This document shows, piece after piece, positions 1 to 9,105 of a DNA stretch of 64,000 bases (within the stretch, counting starts at the first letter, position 1; each line of letters begins with the position of its first letter). The translations under genes and the position numbers were made by a program. The notes beneath the pieces are model-generated. The model saw only the letters and a program-made list of their open reading frames with translations, searched no databases and was not told the DNA's origin. Origin of the DNA: Myxococcota bacterium (GTDB lineage Bacteria > Myxococcota_A > UBA9160 > UBA4427); contig JAPYTP010000001.1 in assembly GCA_029941885.1 (NCBI GenBank), forward strand, positions 13,989-77,988, in the 5' to 3' direction.

Positions 1-523
1 CGGCCAGTAACTTCGTGAAATGGGTCATCGCGGCCTTCGCTGTTCCATAGGCGGTGAAGCCCTTGCCGGTCATCTGGCCGATCGAGGATGAGATGTTCAC
101 GATCGCGCCTCCGCGCTCGAGCATGTGCGGGACGGCGGCCTTCGAGAGGGCAAATGCCGTAGTGACATTGAAATGGAAGGCGCCCGAGAATTCCTTCTCC
201 GTTGTCTGCAGGAAATTCTTCGGCATCGAACCCCCGACATTGTTGATCACGATGTCGATGCGGCCGAACTCGTCGGCGGCTCGTGTCGCGAAGGCCTCGA
301 GGTTCTCGGTGTTCGATGCGTTGCATTCGACGACGAGTGCACCTCGGCCGAGCTTGCGGATCTCTTCCGCGACGGCTTCGAGCTGGTCGACACTGCGTGC
401 GGCGAGAGCGACATCGGCGCCGCATTCGGCGAGGGCGAGGGCCGTTGCGCGGCCGATTCCGCGGCCGGCACCGGTAACGAGGGCCACTTGGTCGTCGATT
501 CGAAAGCGGTCGAGAATGGGCAT
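1..523 (-). CDS. Short-chain dehydrogenase/reductase (SDR), partial; C-terminus runs off the left edge
   Basis: Manual reverse translation from ATG at 523-521 gives MPILDRFRIDDQVALVTGAGRGIGRATALALAE...NNVGG...YGTAKAA. It has the TGxxxGIG Rossmann motif, an NNxG motif and the YxxxK catalytic motif. Not in the ORF track because it is truncated. Confidence 0.85.
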   Translation of the reverse strand, partial: MPILDRFRIDDQVALVTGAGRGIGRATALALAECGADVALAARSVDQLEAVAEEIRKLGRGALVVECNASNTENLEAFATRAADEFGRIDIVINNVGGSMPKNFLQTTEKEFSGAFHFNVTTAFALSKAAVPHMLERGGAIVNISSSIGQMTGKGFTAYGTAKAAMTHFTKLLA

Positions 524-677
524 GCCGCCAGTCTAGCGCCGGTGTGCCGTGCCGCCGCCGGGATCGGTGCGGGAAGCGGCGAGCCGACGTGAGGCTAGAC
601 TCGACCGACGGGCGATTGCGCGTGGGCGATCAAGCTCTGCGGCGAATCGGCATGGCCGGTGATCGAAGGAGATCTTC

Positions 678-1535
678 ATGGATGATTTCAAGGGCCGCGT
701 CGCGGTTGTGACTGGAGCCGCGAGTGGGATCGGCCTGGGCGTGACGGAGCGCTTCCTGAAAGAGGGGTTGAAGGTCGTCATGGCCGATGTCGAGAAGGGC
801 AATCTCGATCGGGAGGTGGCTCGCCTCTCCCAGCAAGGCGGTGATGTCGTTGGCGTCGTCTGCGACGTGCGGGACCCGGACTCCGTCAAGGATCTGGCAG
901 CCCGAACGCTCTCGCAGTTCGGTGCGGTCCATGTGCTCTTCAACAATGCGGGCGTCGCTCCGGCGGGGCCCATGCTCGAGACGACGCCCGAGGATTGGCG
1001 TTGGATCGTCGATGTGAATGTTCTCGGAGTCGCCTATGGAGTGACGACCTTCGGACCGATCATGAAAGAAGCGGGTGAGGGACACATCATCAACACCGCA
1101 TCCGAAGCCGGACATGTCTCGAGCGCGGTGCTCGGGATGTACACCGCGACGAAGCATGCGGTGGTCGGTCTGTCCGAGTCGCTCTACCGCGAGCTTCTGG
1201 GGACAGGCGTGGCGGTCCATTGCCTGTGCCCCAATCTGGTCAAGACCGAGATTTTCAATTCGGAGAGAAATCGGGACGACGGAGTCGAGCTGACGGCAGC
1301 GCAGACCGCGACCATCGCGCCATTACGCGAAGCGATTACTGCGATGGGCATAACGCCGACACAGGTCGCGGGTGATATCATCGATGCGATGCGTACAGAT
1401 CGATTCTGGATCTTCACCCATGACTTCACCAAACAGGCGGTCGGTGTTCGATACAAGGACATCGAAGAGGGGCGAAATCCAAGCAATCCCTACGCGGGCA
1501 TCGACGGGCTCGACGAGGTCACCTCACTCGATTGA
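678..1535 (+). CDS. SDR family oxidoreductase
   Basis: GRVAVVTGAASGIGLG Rossmann motif, NNAG, and YTATKHAV (YxxxK). Divergent from the SDR at 1-523. Confidence 0.9.
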   Translation: MDDFKGRVAVVTGAASGIGLGVTERFLKEGLKVVMADVEKGNLDREVARLSQQGGDVVGVVCDVRDPDSVKDLAARTLSQFGAVHVLFNNAGVAPAGPMLETTPEDWRWIVDVNVLGVAYGVTTFGPIMKEAGEGHIINTASEAGHVSSAVLGMYTATKHAVVGLSESLYRELLGTGVAVHCLCPNLVKTEIFNSERNRDDGVELTAAQTATIAPLREAITAMGITPTQVAGDIIDAMRTDRFWIFTHDFTKQAVGVRYKDIEEGRNPSNPYAGIDGLDEVTSLD

Positions 1536-1633
1536 TGTGGAAGCGGTCGAGTCTTTCTTCTCGGATCCCTTCGCTGACGTTCGTCAGCCAGATTAGGCTG
1601 CGATCGAGAATTCCCGGTCGATGTTTGTTGCAC

Positions 1634-1671
1634 GAATGGCCTGATATGGAGATGTCAGGCCATTTTTGTTT
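1634..1671 (+). terminator. Rho-independent terminator candidate
   Basis: Perfect 10-bp stem AATGGCCTGA (1635-1644) / TCAGGCCATT (1655-1664), a 10-nt loop, then TTTTTGTTT. Lies about 100 nt after the SDR stop. Confidence 0.7.
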
Positions 1672-1915
1672 CATCCAGAGGCTGAGATCCAGGCGCGCGG
1701 CGAAAGACGTTCGATGTATCCGACATTTCGATTGACAGAACCCGGCCTGGCATGAGAAGAAATAGATGGATGCGGCGGCGTCGCACGACTAGCGATGCCA
1801 CGAGAAGGAAACGAACCGGACAGTCGAGGAACCTTCCTCCACGAGGATCGAAACGATTCGAGTTGCATCGTTGGATGCATCGTCGAGATTTGCTCCGTCC
1901 CATTCGCCCCGCCCC

Positions 1916-1944
1916 CGCCCCCGCCCCCGCCCCCTCACGCGAAA
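1916..1944. repeat. Microsatellite GCCCC(GCCCCC)x4; five G-runs on the minus strand
   Basis: Read directly: g-cccc, then four copies of g-ccccc. Lies in an apparently non-coding spacer. Confidence 0.9.
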
Positions 1945-2334
1945 GCGCGTTTCGAATGTCTGTCCGACTTCGAGTCTTCGCTTTCCTCTGCCGTCTCTAC
2001 TCTGTTCTTTCTTCGGGTGTTTTCGGTCGGTTGTGGCCTTTCGTCTCAGCGCAAATCCTTCGTTCGTGCATCGAGGATCGGGTGCCTGCGTCTGATCGGT
2101 TTCGACGATGATGCTTGCCCCCTGCAGCCGCAGAGCAAGCTCGGTTGGCGCTGGGCCTGACCGGAGGGGCGCTCGGAGGGAATGGAGGCGTTCTCTCCGA
2201 GTGCCCCAAGTCTCGAGGGTGATCGCCTCATTCATCCCACCGAGGGACGAGGGCGAGATCGCCCGGGGATTTCCATCCGCGGCACAGCCGGGGTTGTGGC
2301 AATATCCAGCCTCGCGAGGCGCCCCGATGGCGCA

Positions 2335-4017
2335 ATGAACCGAGGCGAACCCATCGTGACCATGCGTGATTTGCTCCTGGCGCGGGCGGAGGATGACTCC
2401 CCGGCGCTCTTTTTCGAAGACCAACAATGGACCTGGCGAGAATATGTCGAGGCTTGCTGCGAGCGTGCCGAGGCTCTGCTCTCGTGGCGAACCGACGACC
2501 TCGCGCGGGGGGGAGACAGCGGCCCCTTCCACGTCGGCGTGCTGCTCGAGAACGTGCCCGAGTATCTATTCTTGACTGGAGCCGCCGTGCTCGCCGGTGC
2601 GACACTCGTTGGAATCAACCCGACTCGCCGGGGTGCCGGACTCGAACGCGATATCCGTCATACGGATTGCCAGATCCTGATCACCGAGGATCGACATGCG
2701 GATCTCCTCGAGGGTCTTTCCCTCGACCTTCCCGAAGACCGCCTTTTCGATATCGCGAGCGAGGCGTGGCACGATTCGATCGCGGCATGGAAGGGTGCGG
2801 GTGTGCCCGACATCGAGCCCGATCCGGCAGCGGTCTATATGCTGATCTTCACTTCCGGCACGACCGGAGAACCGAAAGCGGCGCTCTGTTCCTCGGCTCG
2901 GACGGCTGCGGCCGGGAAGATGTTGAGCCAGATGCGCGGGTTGACCGCTCTGGACCGCGGCTATCTCGTCATGCCGCTCTTCCACTCGAATGCCCACATG
3001 GCCGGTGTCGCGCCGATCATGGCGGCCGGAGGATCCTGGGCGATTCGTCGAAAATTCTCGGCTTCGGGCTTCCTGCCTGATGTGCGGCGGTATGGCGTCA
3101 CCTATTTCAATTATGTCGGCAAGCCGCTGACCTATATTCTGGCGACCGAGCCCAAGGCGGATGACGGGGACAATCCGCTTCGTACGGCTTTTGGGAACGA
3201 GGGGGCGGAGCACGACCTGGCCCGCTTCTCCGAACGCTTCGGATGCGAGGTCGTCGATTCCTACGGTTCGACGGAAGGCGGCATCGCGATTGGCCGTACG
3301 CCCGACACCCCGGTCGGATCGCTGGGTGTCGCCCCGCCCGGGACACTCATCCTCGATCCGGAAACCCGCGAGGAATGCCCGAGTGCGCGTTTCGGAGCGG
3401 ACGGACGTCTGCTGAACTCCGACGAAGCAATCGGCGAAATCGTTAGCACCGAGAGCGCACGGCAATTCGAAGGCTATTGGCGAAATGACGAGGCGAACGA
3501 GGAGCGGACGCGCGATGGAATCTACTGGAGTGGAGATCTGGGCTATCGCGATGCGAAGGGCTTCTTCTTCTTTGCGGGGCGCAACATGGATTGGTTGCGC
3601 GTGGATGGCGAGAATATCGCCGCAGGCCCGGTCGAAAGGATCCTCTGCCGCTACGAAGCTATCGCACTGGCAGCGGTCTATGCGGTTCCGAATGCGGATG
3701 TCGGCGACGATTGTATGGCCTCGCTGATCCTGCGAAGTGGCGTCGAGTTCGATGCGGCTGGATTCGGACGCTTCCTGTCCGAGCAATCGGACCTGGGAAC
3801 GAAGATGGCTCCACGTTATGTTCGTGTGGCGAAGGATCTTCCCTCGACCGAGACGAACAAGATCCTGAAGCGTGTTCTCCGAGAGGAGCGGTGGGAATGC
3901 GCGGATCCCATCTGGCTGCGCGACGGAGAGTCCTTCCGTCGATTGACCGAAGCGGACGTGAAGTCGATTCGGTCGGCCTTCGAATCGCGGGGTCGAATCG
4001 GCGAACTCGATCGCTAG
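2335..4017 (+). CDS. AMP-dependent acyl-CoA synthetase/ligase (FadD-like)
   Basis: AMP-binding signature IFTSGTTGEPKA, later YGSTEGG and WSGDLGYRD..GFFFFAGR, and a C-terminal ..TNKILKR lysine motif. The track ORF starts at 2182; ATG 2335 (MNRGEP) or 2362 is more plausible. Confidence 0.85.
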   Translation: MNRGEPIVTMRDLLLARAEDDSPALFFEDQQWTWREYVEACCERAEALLSWRTDDLARGGDSGPFHVGVLLENVPEYLFLTGAAVLAGATLVGINPTRRGAGLERDIRHTDCQILITEDRHADLLEGLSLDLPEDRLFDIASEAWHDSIAAWKGAGVPDIEPDPAAVYMLIFTSGTTGEPKAALCSSARTAAAGKMLSQMRGLTALDRGYLVMPLFHSNAHMAGVAPIMAAGGSWAIRRKFSASGFLPDVRRYGVTYFNYVGKPLTYILATEPKADDGDNPLRTAFGNEGAEHDLARFSERFGCEVVDSYGSTEGGIAIGRTPDTPVGSLGVAPPGTLILDPETREECPSARFGADGRLLNSDEAIGEIVSTESARQFEGYWRNDEANEERTRDGIYWSGDLGYRDAKGFFFFAGRNMDWLRVDGENIAAGPVERILCRYEAIALAAVYAVPNADVGDDCMASLILRSGVEFDAAGFGRFLSEQSDLGTKMAPRYVRVAKDLPSTETNKILKRVLREERWECADPIWLRDGESFRRLTEADVKSIRSAFESRGRIGELDR

Positions 4018-4050
4018 GCGGGTTCTAGCGGATCATTCGCAGGTGGATCG

Positions 4051-5403
4051 TCAGGTCACCGTCGGCCGCATCGGCCAGATGGGCTGAGCGGTCGTGACCT
4101 CGGTGGTCGACTCGAGGACACGGAAAAGGGAATCGGGATCGATCTCGTTTGCGCGCATCCACGCGGCATTGCGATCTTCCGATTCGACGAAGACACAGGC
4201 GATGCGGTCGGCCGTCGATCGTGGGCGCTCGACGGCTTGTCCATCTTCCTTCTCCCAGTCGATCTGTGCTCGGCCCTCGGAGAGAGGGACAGATCGCCAG
4301 CCCGTCGTTTCCGTCGTGTTCTTCTCTTCGGCGGAACCAGGCGGGTCCTCGGGGTTGAGTTCGAGACATCCCTGCGCAGCTGGGTAGAGGAAGCGGAGGG
4401 CGTATCCCAGTCGATTCCTGCCTGCGTCGACTTCTGGAACGGTATTCGCTCCGATTGCGAAGTCGAGCGCCATCGCAGCGATATCCACTCCAGAGAAGGC
4501 CAGACCGCGGTCGACCGCGAGTCCGAGTTGGGGCCGCACATCGATCACGTGAAGCGCTTCTCCGTCGTCCAGGATGTCCAAGCTCAGAAAGCTCTCGTTG
4601 ACGCCGACCATGCAGGCCACGCAGGCGGCGAGTTCACCAAAGGCGTTCCACCGCGGGTCGTCGCCCGCTTGAGAGCCCGCCTGGGAACAACCCCAAGCCA
4701 TCCCGGTCGGGAGCGTGCCGCGAAGGTTTCGCATGGAGAACCTGCGTCCGAGAGAGAGCATCTTGAAAACGCCACCACGAATCACGCCGTTGACCGAGTA
4801 TTCGTCTCCCGCCACGAAGGCCTCGACGCGCACGAGTTCAGAATCTGACACGAGCCGCGCCTCGTCGAAAATCTCCCGATTGCGTGGGTCGCCGATCCGA
4901 ACTCGCGAGACGCCCGCCGAACCCCGCCCTCCGGTTGCGGGTTTGAGAAGCGCGGAGGGATAGGCGCCCAGAAATCGGTCGAGTTCGATCGGAGATTCGA
5001 GAATGGCTGAAACCGGCGTCGCGATTTCGGCGTCTGTCAGCACCTTCTTCCAGGCTGAGCGCGTGAGGAATGTCTCGATTCCCTCCGAGCTAGGGCCCGG
5101 GACGCCGAAGTCCTCACGAAGTTTCGCGGTAGCGCGAAGAGCGTTCGCGCTGCGCAGATTCGTCGCGATGCCGAGAACCCGGCCATTTTGGGAGACCGCC
5201 TGGATGTCGGCGTGGATTCCGTCGAGATCGTCCGTCTCGCGCGTCATGAGCCGCGTGGCGATGCGCGCCCCAGGTGCATCGGATTCCGGATCGAACACGA
5301 GGGTGTCAATTCCGCGTGCGCGAGCGCGCTCAAGGACGACGGCGGCGGATCGATCGGCACCGATCTGCACGAGCCATCGTGAGTCGTTCTGGCGTCCGGC
5401 CAT
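4051..5403 (-). CDS. ATP-grasp domain enzyme (ligase of unknown substrate)
   Basis: Layout is pre-ATP-grasp, ATP-grasp, then a C-terminal subdomain: LLKPATGGRGSAGV (P-loop-like), EAFVAGDEYSVNG, and a late ADRIACVF block typical of the family. The track ORF starts with GTG at 5409; the first ATG is 5403. Confidence 0.7.
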   Translation of the reverse strand: MAGRQNDSRWLVQIGADRSAAVVLERARARGIDTLVFDPESDAPGARIATRLMTRETDDLDGIHADIQAVSQNGRVLGIATNLRSANALRATAKLREDFGVPGPSSEGIETFLTRSAWKKVLTDAEIATPVSAILESPIELDRFLGAYPSALLKPATGGRGSAGVSRVRIGDPRNREIFDEARLVSDSELVRVEAFVAGDEYSVNGVIRGGVFKMLSLGRRFSMRNLRGTLPTGMAWGCSQAGSQAGDDPRWNAFGELAACVACMVGVNESFLSLDILDDGEALHVIDVRPQLGLAVDRGLAFSGVDIAAMALDFAIGANTVPEVDAGRNRLGYALRFLYPAAQGCLELNPEDPPGSAEEKNTTETTGWRSVPLSEGRAQIDWEKEDGQAVERPRSTADRIACVFVESEDRNAAWMRANEIDPDSLFRVLESTTEVTTAQPIWPMRPTVT

Positions 5404-5681
5404 CGACACTCAACACCACGCGATCAGGGAGGGTAGGCCGCGCGACCAGATCGTAGGCGATCCAGATGGCAGAGTATAGAACCCGAGGCCTCTGCGTCCA
5501 TGGGGGATAGTCCGCGTAGTGGGTCTGCGGGTTTGACGCTAGGTCACGTGGGGAAAATCCGGGATGCTTTGATAACGAAGCCACCGAGTAGGGTACGATC
5601 GCCTCCGATGAGATGGTCGAGAGCGAAGACGCGTACCGATCGTGTCGACTCCCGGTCGATTCCCACATAAGGAGGCTGTCA

Positions 5682-6074
5682 ATGGCTCGATTCATGGCTC
5701 CGCTGAAGGGACAGCTGTACGCCTGTCTTCGGATCGTTTCTGGCTTTACATTCTTGTGGCACGGCTCCCAGAAGCTGCTCGGCTTTCCGAGTGTCGCGCC
5801 GGCAGGCTTGCCGGATCTGGTGGTCTACGTGGCCGGACCGATCGAGCTGGTGGGTGGGATTCTGCTCGTCATTGGCTTCATGACGCGGTGGGTCGCATTC
5901 CTGTGTAGCGGACTGATGGCTGCGGCCTATTGGATGGCGCATGGCACGCAGGCCGTGCTGCCGCTTCAGAATGGCGGGGAGCTCGCCGTCCTCTACTGTT
6001 TTCTCTTCCTCTACATCTCCTCGAGCGGCGCGGGAATCTGGAGCGTGGACGCGAGTCGATCGGGATCGGAATGA
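5682..6074 (+). CDS. DoxX family membrane protein
   Basis: LRIVSGFTFLWHGSQKL, four hydrophobic helices, about 130 aa. AAGGAGG at 5669-5675 precedes ATG 5682. Confidence 0.8.
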   Translation: MARFMAPLKGQLYACLRIVSGFTFLWHGSQKLLGFPSVAPAGLPDLVVYVAGPIELVGGILLVIGFMTRWVAFLCSGLMAAAYWMAHGTQAVLPLQNGGELAVLYCFLFLYISSSGAGIWSVDASRSGSE

Positions 6075-6451
6075 ACCGGCTGGAAGTCGTGCCGATGGAG
6101 CCCGAAAGCCGATCCCTTCGCCTCTGGTGCGTCCTGCTCTCCCTCGCCGAGCCGCCGAACCCACCGGAGGTCGTATCGCAGCACCCGCCCGTTCCGGGGC
6201 GGGCGGAGAATCTGGTCTTCGAGTTCGACGAGGCCTATACCGCCTTCATGGACGGAACCAGTGTCCTGCCGAGTGAGACGCAGATGCTCGCCCTGCAAGC
6301 GATCGATACGAAGCTTGCAGCGATGGTCGGGGCGAAGGACGTAGAACTCTGGACCGAGAGGGCGCGTCGGGAGGACCCACTCTGGAGCGAAGTACGTACA
6401 TTGGCATCGCGGGTTCTCGACGAATTCGACTGGCCTGTCGATCGAGCCTGA
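6071..6451 (+). CDS. Hypothetical protein (126 aa), translationally coupled to DoxX
   Basis: ATGA start/stop overlap with the DoxX gene (6071-6074). High GC3. No family recognised. Confidence 0.5.
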   Translation: MNRLEVVPMEPESRSLRLWCVLLSLAEPPNPPEVVSQHPPVPGRAENLVFEFDEAYTAFMDGTSVLPSETQMLALQAIDTKLAAMVGAKDVELWTERARREDPLWSEVRTLASRVLDEFDWPVDRA

Positions 6452-6746
6452 GTGGATTGTCCGAGGCCGAGACCCTGACCGATCGCGTGTGTCCTGAACC
6501 ATCGCCCCGGCGAGGTGTCCTATCTTTTCGGAAGTCGAGAGAGGGATGACATGATCGAGGGATTCGACCCAAGCGAGATCGTTGCTTGTGCGCTGCGGCC
6601 ACAGGGAAGCTTGATTCACTTACTGACGTTGGCTGGCTTTGCAATGGCCGCCTGGTCGATTTCGCCGGCCCGCGAGTCGATTCCCCTGCGTGATGGCTCG
6701 GGTCGCTGAACGGCGAGATCCGAACCCGAGGGGACCGTGAATCGGC

Positions 6747-7556
6747 CTAATACTTCGACTCGATCGCCTCGAGAATCTGAAGTCCGTCTCGCAGGGCTCC
6801 CGCGTCATGGGTGCGGAGGAAATCTGCACCGACACGGGCAGCGTGGAGTTCTGCTGCGAGCGTCGCGGCTCCGATTTCGTCGATCGAGCGCCCTGTGATC
6901 GCACGCAGGAATGACTTCCGCGAAACAGAGATGAAGATCGGACGCCCGAAGCGTGCGCGCAGTTCCGGAATACGTTGCAGAACTGCAATCGAAGCCTGAG
7001 GGTCGGTTCCCAGAAAGAACCCCATGCCCGGGTCGACGATCAGCCGCTCCTCGGCGACGCCTGCGCGGGTGAGTTCGGCGAGCCGTGCGTCGAAGAATCG
7101 CTCGATCGATTCGAGGACCTGTGTCGGGGTTGCCGTGTCCCGGGTGGCCCGATCTCGTTCGAGTAGCGAGTGGACGACTACCACGTCGGCCGTTGCCGAC
7201 GCGAGGCGCTCCTGGGTCTCGCTGTCGGGAAAGCCACGAATGTCGTTCACCATGGCGACGCTCGTCCCGAGAGCCCAGGCCAGGACCAGAGGATCCGTTG
7301 CATCGATGGAAAGCGGCAGAGGACCGTCTGCAAGAGCGGCCACGACGGGCGTGAGCCGCTCGACCTGAGTGGAAGCGGGGACCGCGATCGCGTCGGGATT
7401 GCTCGAGGCGGGTCCGAGTTCAAGGAGATCCGCTCCCGCTTCGGCGAGGGCGCGCGCGTGTCGGATCGCCGCCTCCGGGGCGAGGTAGCGTCCGCCATCC
7501 GAGAAGGAGTCCTCGGTGATATTCACGACCGCGACGATCTTCGGGGCTACTCTCAT
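6747..7556 (-). CDS. folP: Dihydropteroate synthase, Sul2/Sul1-like (sulfonamide-insensitive type) by motif
   Basis: Pterin-binding DHPS motifs VNITEDSFSDGGRYLAP, LGPASSNPDA, NDIRGFPD, DPGMGFFLG, SVSRKSFLRAITGR, GAATLAAEL and GADFLRTHD. See finding. Confidence 0.9.
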   Translation of the reverse strand: MRVAPKIVAVVNITEDSFSDGGRYLAPEAAIRHARALAEAGADLLELGPASSNPDAIAVPASTQVERLTPVVAALADGPLPLSIDATDPLVLAWALGTSVAMVNDIRGFPDSETQERLASATADVVVVHSLLERDRATRDTATPTQVLESIERFFDARLAELTRAGVAEERLIVDPGMGFFLGTDPQASIAVLQRIPELRARFGRPIFISVSRKSFLRAITGRSIDEIGAATLAAELHAARVGADFLRTHDAGALRDGLQILEAIESKY

Positions 7557-7647
7557 ATCGGCTTTCTAGCACGCCCGCGGTGGGCTGGCGGTCGAGGGAG
7601 GGCGCGAGTTTGCGCCGAGATACGCCCGCAATGGGAGGACTTCCGAC

Positions 7648-8865
7648 ATGTCGACCCAGAACGCCCCCGAACGGCGCTCATTTCGGCAATACCATGCGGG
7701 CGAGCTTCTAGAGCGATTGCGAGAACAGCGCGATCGGCTTCCGTCTGACTACGCGGCGACCCTACGCCCCCTCGGTATCCGGATTCGCGAGACCGGCGAG
7801 GAAGTGACATACAGCGAGCGCGACAGGGGAGTCGACGTGACCCCCGGTGTCGAGGCGGCTTCGACCGTGGTCGGGCTGAGCGAGGTGAGTTGGGAACATC
7901 TGACCCGTGATCTCGAATCCTCCGCGGGGTTGATCTATGGCAACCGTGTCGAGCGAATACGCGGGGATCTGATGGAGTTGATGCAGTGGGAGCCGGCGCT
8001 TCGTTGGATGTTCGTTCGCCGTCCCGTCTACGACGAGAGCGCCGTCGATCTGCGTGGGGCCTCCGGCCGCCAGTTCGATTCGTGTCACGGCTTCCGCCCG
8101 GACGATGATAAAGAGGAGATGAAGGAGTACCTGCGGGCCGTCGGCTATCTGTGGATTCGCGGCCTGTTCTCGCCGGAGGAGGTCGCGACGCTGCAGGCCG
8201 AAGCCAATGAACTACGCGACGAGGCCGTCGAAGGGGATCAGCAGTCCTGGTGGGGCAAGACGGAGGAGGGTCAGTCTGTCGTGTGCCGAGTGCTTCGCGC
8301 CGGGACCAAGAAGAAGATGCGGTCGCTCCACGGAGATGATCGGATCGAGCGCCTCGCAGCGCTCTGCGACGTCCCGATGGCGACGAAGCAGGGCCCGGAG
8401 GACAAGGACGGCGTGACCGTTCTATGGAAGCAGCCCGGGGTGGCCGAGGGACTCGGTGACCTGCCCTGGCATCGCGATTGTGGAATGGGTGGTCACGCCA
8501 GCATGTGCCCGACGGCGGTCATGAGTCTATTTCTTGGACCCAACACGCCAGAGGCCGGTGAGATCCGATTTCTTCCGGGTTCCTGGCAGACGTCGCTGGC
8601 GTTCGCCGAAGGGGGGGCTCCATCCGCGCCGGAAGGAGTTGCTCCGCCCGCACTGCCCGGCGACGTCACCTTCCACTACGGCGACGGGCTCCACGTCGCA
8701 CCGCCACCGACCGGAACCGAGGAGCCGTTCCGGAGCTGTGTCCTGATCGGCTACCAACGGGTCGGGGCGCACCACCACCTCGGTGACCGCCACTACAACG
8801 ATCTGCTCCTGGGGAGTGAAGACGGCCAGATCGAGCATATGTCGAAGGTCGCCGACCGCCGCTGA
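7648..8865 (+). CDS. Phytanoyl-CoA dioxygenase (PhyH) family Fe(II)/2-oxoglutarate oxygenase with an N-terminal extension
   Basis: The C-terminal half has LPWHRDCG (HxD) and a later GDGLHVAPP His. GGGAGGA SD at 7633-7639 precedes ATG 7648. The N-terminal ~140 aa look SCP2-like (weak). Confidence 0.75.
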   Translation: MSTQNAPERRSFRQYHAGELLERLREQRDRLPSDYAATLRPLGIRIRETGEEVTYSERDRGVDVTPGVEAASTVVGLSEVSWEHLTRDLESSAGLIYGNRVERIRGDLMELMQWEPALRWMFVRRPVYDESAVDLRGASGRQFDSCHGFRPDDDKEEMKEYLRAVGYLWIRGLFSPEEVATLQAEANELRDEAVEGDQQSWWGKTEEGQSVVCRVLRAGTKKKMRSLHGDDRIERLAALCDVPMATKQGPEDKDGVTVLWKQPGVAEGLGDLPWHRDCGMGGHASMCPTAVMSLFLGPNTPEAGEIRFLPGSWQTSLAFAEGGAPSAPEGVAPPALPGDVTFHYGDGLHVAPPPTGTEEPFRSCVLIGYQRVGAHHHLGDRHYNDLLLGSEDGQIEHMSKVADRR

Positions 8866-9105
8866 AGGTTTTGCTCGAGGCGACCGGGGCTTCGTGTCGG
8901 TGGCCCTGGGGCATCCGTGGGTCGAAACCCTGAAAATTTACAACGCTTTTACGTAGCGCTCGATCGCGATCGTTTTCCGGGCAATTCAATTCAGCTACAC
9001 CTGCGCTCGCGTCCTGTCGCAATGCCGAGTAGGTCCTCGGATTCGGCAGATCTCGACCTGGCTGTACGGCCCAGAGCCTCATGAACCGACGCCCCCCGCG
9101 AAAGA

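Noticed and set aside
1976-1988. GAGGAAAG on the minus strand, reminiscent of the RNase P RNA conserved core
   Set aside because: Only 8 nt match (GAGGAAAGCGAAG versus GAGGAAAGTCCGG). None of the other universally conserved RNase P segments are nearby.
6551-6709. 52-codon ORF (MIEGFDPSEIVACALRPQGSLIHLLTLAGFAMAAW...) between the hypothetical gene and folP
   Set aside because: It has one hydrophobic segment and a weak SD-like GAGAGGG. GC3 is only moderate (35/52 by my count) and I recognise no family, so the evidence is insufficient to call a gene.
8915-8935. tRNA T-arm-like GGGTCGAAACCC
   Set aside because: No acceptor stem, anticodon arm or D-arm can be folded around it. It is probably chance.
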